Positions 56,387 through 64,000 of a stretch of DNA of 64,000 nt are shown one piece after another. Origin of the DNA: an uncultured Candidatus Saccharibacteria bacterium (GTDB lineage: Bacteria; Patescibacteriota; WWE3; UBA101185; UBA10185); NCBI GenBank assembly GCA_964490125.1, contig CAZBAJ010000002.1, positions 23,011-87,010 of the forward strand, read 5' to 3'. The notes beneath the pieces are model-generated. The model saw only the letters and a program-made list of their open reading frames with translations. It ran no database searches and was not told the DNA's origin. Within the stretch, counting starts at the first letter, position 1, and each line of letters starts with the position of its first letter. A program made the translations under genes and the position numbers.

Positions 56387-57703
56387 ATGAACAAGCCGTT
56401 AACGGGGGCGCAGGTCCGTCAAAAATTTATTGACTATTACAAAGCGTTGGATCATGTAGAAATTCCCGCCAGCCCGTTGGTGCTTAAAGACGACCCTACC
56501 ACGCTTTTTACCGGTAGTGGCATGCAACAAATTGTGCCGTATCTTTTGGGTCAGCCGCATCCTGCTGGCAAGCGCTTGGTGGATGTTCAACGCTGTCTTC
56601 GCGCGGAGGACTTAGAAGAAATTGGCGACGCTTGGCATCACACTTTTTTTGAGATGTTGGGTTGTTGGTCTTTGGGCGACTATTTTAAGGCAGAGCAAAT
56701 TCCCTGGACCTTTGGTTTTTTTGTGGACGAGTTGGGGATCGACCCTCATAAATTGTATGTTTCGGTCTTTGCGGGCGACGGAAAACTTCCACGGGATGAT
56801 GAAGCGATGGAGATTTGGAAAAACATGTTTGCCAAAAAAGGTATTAAGGCGGAAGCCACGGACGACATCAGCAAGGTTGGGCAAGGCGACTACAGAATAT
56901 TTTATTACGGAAAGGAAGCTTGGTGGGAACGCTCGCAAGCGCCAATAGGCGATCCAGCTGGACCGGATAGTGAGATCTTTTATTTTACCGGAGTTGAGCA
57001 TACTAAAAAGTTTGGCGAACACTGTCATATCAACTGTGATTGTGGTAGGTACATAGAAATCGGCAACGATGTATTTATGCAGTACAAAAAAATATCGGAA
57101 ACTGATTACGAGCCACTAGCCCAGAAGAATGTTGACTGTGGTTGGGGATTTGAAAGACTAGTTAGAGTCGTCCAGAACAAGGAAAATAACTACGAAACGG
57201 ATCTTTTCTTTCCGATAATTCAAAAGATTGAGACCATGGCTACAAGCAAGTATGGAACAAAAAACGAGATAGATAGGGTTTATAGAATCGATGCGGATCA
57301 CTTGCGGGCGGCGGTATTTCTAATTGCGGACGGCGTTATTCCTGGCAATAAAATGCAGGGCTATGTTTTGCGCAGGCTACTCCGTCGCGTCATTTTTCAG
57401 TCGCAAAAATTAACTAGTCACAAAAACTTTTTGGCGGATGTGGCAAAAGTAATTATTGAGCAATATGGCGACTACTACAAGCATCTGCTAGGTGCGTCCG
57501 ACAAAATAGTTGCGGAAATTTCTGCCGAGGAGGAAAAATTCAACCGGACTTTGGATAAAGGCTTGCGTGAGATGGAAAAAATGTATGAGAAAAACGGGTT
57601 CAAATTAAGAGAAGCCGACTTAGAGATGCTGTATCAAAGCTACGGTGTACCCGAAGAACTTGCCACGGAAATTGCCAAAGAAAGGTCATGGAGATTGGAT
57701 TAA
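56387..57703 (+). CDS. alaS: alanine--tRNA ligase, aminoacylation domain only (438 aa)
   Basis: Class II AlaRS catalytic blocks (TLFTGSGMQQ, VQRCLRAED, HHTFFEMLGCWSLGDYFK). No editing or C-Ala domain. The next gene is unrelated. Confidence 0.7.
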   Translation: MNKPLTGAQVRQKFIDYYKALDHVEIPASPLVLKDDPTTLFTGSGMQQIVPYLLGQPHPAGKRLVDVQRCLRAEDLEEIGDAWHHTFFEMLGCWSLGDYFKAEQIPWTFGFFVDELGIDPHKLYVSVFAGDGKLPRDDEAMEIWKNMFAKKGIKAEATDDISKVGQGDYRIFYYGKEAWWERSQAPIGDPAGPDSEIFYFTGVEHTKKFGEHCHINCDCGRYIEIGNDVFMQYKKISETDYEPLAQKNVDCGWGFERLVRVVQNKENNYETDLFFPIIQKIETMATSKYGTKNEIDRVYRIDADHLRAAVFLIADGVIPGNKMQGYVLRRLLRRVIFQSQKLTSHKNFLADVAKVIIEQYGDYYKHLLGASDKIVAEISAEEEKFNRTLDKGLREMEKMYEKNGFKLREADLEMLYQSYGVPEELATEIAKERSWRLD

Positions 57704-57706
57704 TAG

Positions 57707-58183
57707 ATGATCGAGATCGTAGAGAAGTCTGTAATAGATGCGCCCCCAAATAAAGTATTTTGGTTTTTGACTAACATTGACAAGCTTTACAAGTACTGGC
57801 ACCCCAAGGATCATGTGTTTTGTAAAACATTACGAGGGAATATTGCCAAACAAGGCGCTATTCATCATTTTTTTGAGTTTTTAAGATTTATCCCGCTATA
57901 TCTTGTAGTCCAGAACATTCTTGTGGTAGAAAATAAAAGGATAGAGTGTGGGTTGGCTTTTCCTTTGTCGCTACTTGGAATTGGTAAGGGGGGATTTGGT
58001 ATTGAAGAAACAGAGGATAAAGATAAGACTTTATTAACTGCTTTCGTAACAATTGGCTATAAATCCTTCCCGGGTAAGTTACTAGACAGACTTGTTTATT
58101 TACTAGTGCCACGAGAGGTGGCGTTACAACACATGCGGGATGAAAGCCACAACATTAATCGATATTTCTCGGAAAACAAGTAA
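57707..58183 (+). CDS. SRPBCC (Bet v1-like) fold protein
   Basis: 158 aa. Composition and pattern only. Confidence 0.35.
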   Translation: MIEIVEKSVIDAPPNKVFWFLTNIDKLYKYWHPKDHVFCKTLRGNIAKQGAIHHFFEFLRFIPLYLVVQNILVVENKRIECGLAFPLSLLGIGKGGFGIEETEDKDKTLLTAFVTIGYKSFPGKLLDRLVYLLVPREVALQHMRDESHNINRYFSENK

Positions 58184-58973
58184 TTTTTTGTTGGCGGTAC
58201 TTGCATTTGGGATCCCATCTTTTGCAAGTGGTAATATTGGTTATATGGAAACACCGCAAAAAACAAAAGTGCTTTTTATCCATCATTCCACTGGTGGGAA
58301 TATCATCAAACAAGGAAAGTTGCGCGACTTATTAAAGGTTAAGAATCCAGATATTGAGTTTTGGGACCACAGTTACAATTTGTTTCCGATTTTGCCAAAT
58401 ATAGTGGCAAAGTTTACTAACTACACAGGTCTTACGGACAATGCTGGCAGGATGACGACGACCGATTACGATATAGTTTTAAGTAACAATTCCCCAAAAG
58501 AATACGCGGAAATTTTTTCCCGTGATTCCTCCGACCCCACCTTGTCAAAGATCCTTGAATACGATGTTGTAATTTTTAAAAACTGTTTTCCCACCAGTAA
58601 TATAAAAGACGACGGTCAGTTGAGCCAAAATAAAGCGTATTACAAGCAAATACGCGATAGTTTGAAAAATTACCCGACCAAGAAATTCGTTTTGTTTACA
58701 TCGCCACCCTTAAGGCGAGAAGTTACAAGTTTCGAAATTGCAAGTCGTGCTAGAGTTTTAGCCGATTGGCTAAAGTCGCCAGAATTCCTTGAGGATTCGT
58801 CCAACCTCTATGTTTTTGATTTGTTTGGTTTATTGATTGAGCAAGAAGGTGATAATAAAAATACCTTGCGTCGTGATTTTACTAGTTTTATTTGGCTAGA
58901 CTCTCATCCCAACAAAAAAGCTAACAAACTTGTCGCCGAAATCTTGTCCGATTATCTTGTCAAGCTGATTTAA
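58140..58973 (+). CDS. secreted hypothetical protein
   Basis: N-terminal signal-like segment. 277 aa. Confidence 0.35.
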   Translation: MKATTLIDISRKTSNFLLAVLAFGIPSFASGNIGYMETPQKTKVLFIHHSTGGNIIKQGKLRDLLKVKNPDIEFWDHSYNLFPILPNIVAKFTNYTGLTDNAGRMTTTDYDIVLSNNSPKEYAEIFSRDSSDPTLSKILEYDVVIFKNCFPTSNIKDDGQLSQNKAYYKQIRDSLKNYPTKKFVLFTSPPLRREVTSFEIASRARVLADWLKSPEFLEDSSNLYVFDLFGLLIEQEGDNKNTLRRDFTSFIWLDSHPNKKANKLVAEILSDYLVKLI

Positions 58974-58997
58974 CTTTTCTTTAGTATAATAGTCCCA

Positions 58998-60056
58998 ATG
59001 CCTCTGCTTACTAAACTTTTTAGTCAATTTAACAAGCCCGCCAGCAATAACTTTTTTGGCGCGGTGGTTGATTCCGGCAAGTTAAACCTAATTTTATTTA
59101 AAGACGGCTACCCGTTGTGTTACTCGCAGGAGCATTTAACCCACGGTGTAGTTATAGACGGGCGACTCATAGACAAAGATCAATTTACCCAAACGCTTAA
59201 TGTGTGCGTAGAAAGGTGTCTGTCGCAACAGCCCGACGAGCAGGCAAACCGGATTTTTTTTGGTGTGGGGGGTGGGAATGTTGTGTCCGCGTTAACTTCT
59301 GCCCGGCAAAAAAGGAGTTTGACGGAAAAAATCACCAAAAACGCGCTGACCCAAGTCTACCAAGAGTTGGAAGCAAACAGTTTAACTACCGCGCTGGAGG
59401 AAGTCTACCAAACCACCGGTAACGATAGCCTGGAGCTGGAAAGCGTGCTAAATGAAACTACCTATATTAAGCTGGACGGGGCGGTGGTGTATAACCCAAT
59501 TGGGGAAAGCGGAGAGCTTTTGGAGACAGAAGTTTTTAACGCCTACTGCGCCCCAACCTTTATTGATGCGTTAGAGGATGTAGCGAAAGGGGTTAAATTG
59601 GAATTAGGCGGGGTGTTTCCGTTGCAGTATTTATTGTCCAAAAAGCTAACCGCCAAGTTAGGCGCAAATTACGACGCCACGCTTCTTACCGTCCACACCG
59701 ATTTTACTGATATTTCCGTGGTTTTTGGTGGTCGACTGGTAAAAACTTACGCGCTCCCCTTGGGTAGTAAAGACTTGGAGCGGGATTTGGATTTTTGGAT
59801 GGAGGGTTTGGAACTTACGCTCCTTAATTTTAGTGGCGTTAAAACTTTTGGTCATCTGGTGTATGTTTGCGGGAGTGGTCTTGAGCGCACGGACTTTTGG
59901 GAGATGCTGGAATGGCGCGAGTGGGAAGAAAAGGTGCCGTTTAAAACCAGGCCAGTGTTTACTAAGTTGGACGCGTCTTATGTAGACCTTCCGCAGGATT
60001 ACAAGGGCGACTTATTAATTTGTGGACTGTTAAGTGTATGCAAAGAATTAGCTTAG
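58998..60056 (+). CDS. pilM: PilM/FtsA-like actin-fold ATPase (type IV pilus assembly PilM candidate)
   Basis: N-terminal AVVDSGKLNLILF and C-terminal YVCGSGLER pattern. Followed by a bitopic membrane protein. Confidence 0.45.
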   Translation: MPLLTKLFSQFNKPASNNFFGAVVDSGKLNLILFKDGYPLCYSQEHLTHGVVIDGRLIDKDQFTQTLNVCVERCLSQQPDEQANRIFFGVGGGNVVSALTSARQKRSLTEKITKNALTQVYQELEANSLTTALEEVYQTTGNDSLELESVLNETTYIKLDGAVVYNPIGESGELLETEVFNAYCAPTFIDALEDVAKGVKLELGGVFPLQYLLSKKLTAKLGANYDATLLTVHTDFTDISVVFGGRLVKTYALPLGSKDLERDLDFWMEGLELTLLNFSGVKTFGHLVYVCGSGLERTDFWEMLEWREWEEKVPFKTRPVFTKLDASYVDLPQDYKGDLLICGLLSVCKELA

Positions 60057-61633
60057 AAATTTATACAACCGCATACGAAGCAATAAAGATTTTAGAAAGT
60101 GTAGCTGACCATAAAGTGGAGCTGGAACTTCCCGCGGGTTCGGTTTTGCTGGACAATATCTTGAATCTAAAACTTATTGCGGAGGGCGCTAAAAAAACGG
60201 GTAAAAGTGTGGACTTTGTAACTGCTGATCCATTTGGTCAAAATTTAATTAAAATTCTACGGGGCGAGACGGATCAGGTGGTGGTTAGGGAGAACGAGGC
60301 GGTTGGGGTTGGTGGTGGCGCTAGCTTTGGCGCTGGTGGAGCCGTTGGTGGGGCTGTCGGCAGTGGCACCATTGCGGTAGCGTCCAATTCGTTAAAAAAT
60401 AAAGGCGTGGGACTTAAATTGCCGTCAATAAGTTTGCCCAAATTTAAAGTCGCTCTAAATTTAAGGAAACTTGGCTTGCTACTTCCCATTATTTTATTGT
60501 TGGGTGTGGGGTTGGGGTTTTTGTATCTAAGTCGTATGCATAAAGCAAAAATTGTATTGCATTTTTCTGCCCAGCCATTAACAAAAAGTGTAACAGTTAA
60601 GGTGGGCGACGGGCTAAAAACGGATTTGGATAAAAAAGTTTTGGGGGGATTAAAGATTTCACGGTCGCTGGAGCATTCTTTAGAACTAGCTTCTACTGGT
60701 ACAAAGTTAGAAGGGGAAAAAGCTAAAGGCAAGGTTACGCTTTATAATTCCACGGAAGAGGACATTGCGCTAAAAAAAGGCAGTCAAATAACTTATAAAA
60801 AGGACGACACTTCCTATAACTTTTTTACCGACGCGGAGGTTAAAATCCCGGCCCGAACGGATTCTCCGCCCCCAGATACCACTATTACCAAAGGTACAGT
60901 GGAGGTTAGTGTGACGGGGGAAAATATTGGCGATGCGTACAACCTTAAAAAAGAGCGGGATTTTAGCGTAAAAGGCTATAAATCAAGCGAGCTAGTAGGT
61001 TCTAACTCCGCGGATTTTAAGGGCGGTTCCAGTAAAGAAGTCAAAATTGTCACCCAAGCGGATTTAACAAAACTGGAGCAGGATCTTACAGCCTACATTT
61101 TAACTAATCCTAGTGAGGGGTTAACTACGGCGGTGCCTAATGGCTTTAATTTTGTGACCAAATCAGAAAAAATCACCAGCAAAAATGTCGTCCAAAATAA
61201 TAAGGTGGGCGAAGAAAAAGACAAGCTTTCTGGCAGTATTACCGCGCAGGTAGAAGGTCTTGCGTATTCCAAAACCGAGCTGGCGGATTTTATGGGCAAA
61301 ATTAGCCAAAATTTGGTGCCACCTGGGTTTGAGTTTTATTCCTACAATAAAGATATTACCGTGGAAGTTTTGGGTAATACGGAAACTACGGTTTTGTCGC
61401 CTACGGAAGCGGATTTGCAGGTGACTTTTAGGTTTTTTATCTCGCCAAAAATTGATAAAGAAAAAGTTTTTGACAGTATTGCAGGGCTACCTCCTACCGA
61501 GGCTAGCGATGTTCTAAAATCCATAAACGGCGTGGAGAATGTCGAGCTTACTGTCACGCCGGGGTTTCCGCTATTTAGAAATGTGCCGACAAAAAGTTCT
61601 GCGGTAGAAATAGAAACTAAAATTGGAGATTGA
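60038..61633 (+). CDS. bitopic membrane protein with Gly-rich segment and large extracellular beta-rich region (PilN/PilO-like candidate); ATG at 60038, track start is a TTG
   Basis: Single TM LGLLLPIILLLGVGLGFLYL. Context only. Confidence 0.3.
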   Translation: MQRISLEIYTTAYEAIKILESVADHKVELELPAGSVLLDNILNLKLIAEGAKKTGKSVDFVTADPFGQNLIKILRGETDQVVVRENEAVGVGGGASFGAGGAVGGAVGSGTIAVASNSLKNKGVGLKLPSISLPKFKVALNLRKLGLLLPIILLLGVGLGFLYLSRMHKAKIVLHFSAQPLTKSVTVKVGDGLKTDLDKKVLGGLKISRSLEHSLELASTGTKLEGEKAKGKVTLYNSTEEDIALKKGSQITYKKDDTSYNFFTDAEVKIPARTDSPPPDTTITKGTVEVSVTGENIGDAYNLKKERDFSVKGYKSSELVGSNSADFKGGSSKEVKIVTQADLTKLEQDLTAYILTNPSEGLTTAVPNGFNFVTKSEKITSKNVVQNNKVGEEKDKLSGSITAQVEGLAYSKTELADFMGKISQNLVPPGFEFYSYNKDITVEVLGNTETTVLSPTEADLQVTFRFFISPKIDKEKVFDSIAGLPPTEASDVLKSINGVENVELTVTPGFPLFRNVPTKSSAVEIETKIGD

Positions 61634-61649
61634 TGGATTGAGATAAATT

Positions 61650-62090
61650 ATGACCAATTCTACTGAAAGCAAGTACAAAGATAAGTTTATTGCGGGTGTG
61701 GACTTTGGCGACGCGGTAACGGGCTTGGCGCTTGGAAAAAATGGCGTAGTTACGCCGGTTAAATCAGTTGAGTCTAAGGATAGCATGACGGTTGTTAAAG
61801 AAGTTATTCGACTGGTTAAAGAAAACAAAGTTTCTGGTGTGGTTTTGGGTTTGCCGTTAAGTTACGATCACAAAGAGACGCCCCAGTCTGCAGAAGTGCG
61901 GAGGTTTGCCAAAATGTTAAAAACTAGGTTGGGAATTCCGGTAATGTTTGTTGACGAATTTGGAACTACGCGCGAGGCTACGGCGGAGGCTATCGGCGAG
62001 GAACTTCCGCAAAAAGCCCGTAGGCGGGTGGACAGCATAAGCGCGGCAATAATTTTAAAACGCTTTTTCTCCGATGAGGGTTTAGCATGA
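61650..62090 (+). CDS. ruvX: Holliday junction resolvase-like RuvX/YqgF
   Basis: IAGVDFGDAVTGLALG … VVLGLPL … DEFGTTREA. Confidence 0.75.
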   Translation: MTNSTESKYKDKFIAGVDFGDAVTGLALGKNGVVTPVKSVESKDSMTVVKEVIRLVKENKVSGVVLGLPLSYDHKETPQSAEVRRFAKMLKTRLGIPVMFVDEFGTTREATAEAIGEELPQKARRRVDSISAAIILKRFFSDEGLA

Positions 62091-62521
62091 CCAAACTTAT
62101 CTACATTGCGTGGATTCAGTCCATTGTGGCGGTAATTGGTAGCTTGGTGTTTGACAAAGTAGTCGGCATACCGCCTTGCGAGCTTTGTTGGTATCAAAGA
62201 ATGTGCATGTTTCCCTTGGCGGTTATTCTTACAGTTGGAATCTTGCGCAAAAGTAAGGATATTTATTATTATGTTTTGCCGTTAAGTATCATAGGGCTTC
62301 TGGTTGCTGTGTATCACAACTTGCTCTATTACGGGATCCTGTCGCAGGAACTATTTGCCTGTTCCGTGGATGTTTCTTGCGTCGACAGGTCTTTTGAAGT
62401 GTTTGGGTTTTTATCTATCCCACTTCTTTCTTTACTGGCGTTTGTTGTTATTAACTTAGCCGTGGTTGTAGAATTTAGTTGTGGAAGGAAGTTGACGACC
62501 GTTGTTTTGGGTGAAGCATAA
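62087..62521 (+). CDS. disulfide bond formation protein B (DsbB/BdbC-like)
   Basis: PPCELCWYQR motif. 4 TM. Confidence 0.55.
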   Translation: MTKLIYIAWIQSIVAVIGSLVFDKVVGIPPCELCWYQRMCMFPLAVILTVGILRKSKDIYYYVLPLSIIGLLVAVYHNLLYYGILSQELFACSVDVSCVDRSFEVFGFLSIPLLSLLAFVVINLAVVVEFSCGRKLTTVVLGEA

Positions 62522-62935
62522 GCAACAATGCTTTACTAAAAGGAATAATCTGCTCCCGACCAAGGCTATATGTCCAAACGGCATTTTTGAATGTTTACAT
62601 ACTTTTGGGGGTATGAGGTGGTTTTTTGGTTGTAGTTACGCCATAAAATTACCAAAACCAGTCAACACAAATTCCCGGTTGCTATTACAATATAAAACAT
62701 CTGCCTGTCATACTTTTAATTGTAAACATTAAAAATCGGCAGTTTACCGTGTAGAGGTTAAAGTTTAAAGTTAGAAGTTCAAGTTTAAAGTGCTCCACCA
62801 CCCACCCGTTTCCCTGGGTTATGCTACAATACACCAAGATGTTGAGCCTAATCCATTAACTTAATACTTTGTGACCGTAAAACCGGTCCACTTTTTGTTT
62901 CTTTTACATTACAACTAAATAGTTAGAAAGGTTAT

Positions 62936-64000
62936 ATGAAACTAGGCAATCGTTTAGAAACGATACACAACATCTTAACAGAAATGAACGCCCCGCCTTA
63001 TAGGGAAAAACAAATGTGGGAAGGAATTTTCCGTAGCAATTTTAGTACTTATAGTAGTATGACTTTTTTGCCCGTCAACCTAAGAAATAGGCTGATTGAC
63101 TCTTTGGGCGACGATGTTATTGGGCTTACGAAAATTGTCGAGACCAGTGACAATCAAACCTTAAAAATTCTTTTTAAGACGAGCGACGGTGAAAGAATAG
63201 AAGCAGTATTGATGGACTTTAAATCTAACAAAGAACGCCACGATGACCACGAATCACTTTGTATCTCATCCCAAGCCGGTTGCGCCATGGGTTGCAAATT
63301 TTGCGCGACAGGGGCTATTGGTCTTAGAAAAAACCTTACGGCGGATGAAATTGTCGACCAAGTTTTGTATTTTTTGCGACAGGGTAACAAAATCGACAGT
63401 GTTTCTTTTATGGGTATGGGCGAACCACTTGCCAACCCCAATATTTTTGATGCTTTGCGGATTATGACGGATAAAGATAAGTTAGGCTTAAGTCAGCGGA
63501 GAATAAGCATATCCACGGTTGGGATTATTCTCGGGATCAAGCGTTTGCAAAAGGAATTTCCGTCAGTAAATTTGGGATTTTCTTTGCACTCGCCGTTTCC
63601 GGAGCAACGACTTGAGCTTATGCCCATAACCAAGGTTTATCCAATTGCGGATGTTATGCTGGCCCTTAAAAATTATGTGGAGGAGACCAACAAGCGCGTT
63701 TTACTTGCCTATGTTTTGTTGAAAAATATCAACGACTCGTTGGAGCATGCAAAAGCCTTAGCCCGACTTATTAAAAACCAAGGCGCAAAAAGCTATTTGT
63801 TTGAGGTTAAACTAATCCGGTTTAATCCGGGTCCGACTAAGGAGAATTTTGTGGGTTCTACAACCGAGAAAATTCGCGCTTTTCAAAAAGTGCTTGACGA
63901 CTTTGGAGTAAAAAACACCTTGCGCCAGAGTTTTGGTGTCGGCATCCAAGCTGCCTGTGGTCAACTTTATGCGGATTATCTGAAAGACACTCGTTCTTCT
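62936..64000 (+). CDS. rlmN: 23S rRNA/tRNA m2A methyltransferase RlmN (radical SAM), 3' end beyond window
   Basis: Not in ORF track (runs off the edge). CAMGCKFC radical-SAM motif. MGMGEPL block. Confidence 0.8.
   Translation, partial: MKLGNRLETIHNILTEMNAPPYREKQMWEGIFRSNFSTYSSMTFLPVNLRNRLIDSLGDDVIGLTKIVETSDNQTLKILFKTSDGERIEAVLMDFKSNKERHDDHESLCISSQAGCAMGCKFCATGAIGLRKNLTADEIVDQVLYFLRQGNKIDSVSFMGMGEPLANPNIFDALRIMTDKDKLGLSQRRISISTVGIILGIKRLQKEFPSVNLGFSLHSPFPEQRLELMPITKVYPIADVMLALKNYVEETNKRVLLAYVLLKNINDSLEHAKALARLIKNQGAKSYLFEVKLIRFNPGPTKENFVGSTTEKIRAFQKVLDDFGVKNTLRQSFGVGIQAACGQLYADYLKDTRSS

Overview
Origin-proximal chromosomal window from a small bacterial genome of about 42% GC. It uses the standard code (TGA serves as a stop). 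The gene content looks Patescibacteria/CPR-like: a short YidC, a split transketolase, many DUF4143-type ATPases, and an AlaRS carrying only the catalytic domain.

Content from left to right:
- A partial O-antigen-ligase-like gene.
- dnaA on the minus strand, flanked on both sides by perfect DnaA boxes (a bipartite oriC).
- A DUF4143-type AAA ATPase with a palindromic promoter, then rpmH-rnpA-yidD-yidC-jag(khpB)-dnaN.
- A roughly 12.4 kb type-IV-secretion-like locus at 7.7-20.0 kb: a VirB6-like polytopic protein, a VirB3/PrgI-like fusion protein, a 233-aa unknown, a VirB4 ATPase, a 1092-aa protein with a Cys-rich M23-like C-terminus, an Ig-like anchored protein, and five tandem VirB2/TrbC-like hairpin 'pilin' paralogs (two joined by a 157-bp perfect duplication). 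A SpoIID/LytB-like hydrolase is transcribed divergently.
- dinD, followed by a tandem vapBC pair (one copy decayed).
- smpB followed by ssrA (tmRNA).
- A 6.6 kb segment bounded by ssrA and a tRNA-Met(CAT), holding two more DUF4143 ATPases, comF, a GT2 and a GT-C-like protein, and tandem 39-bp repeats.
- ftsH, a 5'-nuclease, nth, and a HepT/MNT toxin-antitoxin pair.
- A minus-strand sugar-phosphate operon: fba, pfkB (with an in-frame GC-rich hairpin insert), split tkt with an intervening ORF, LOG, rpe, and rpiB with an in-frame insertion of about 190 aa.
- lgt, then an ImmA - Phd - RelE - DEDDh exonuclease - Fic cluster.
- An EamA transporter, catalytic-domain-only AlaRS, a PilM-like gene, ruvX, dsbB and partial rlmN.

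No rRNA, CRISPR array or transposase was recognised.
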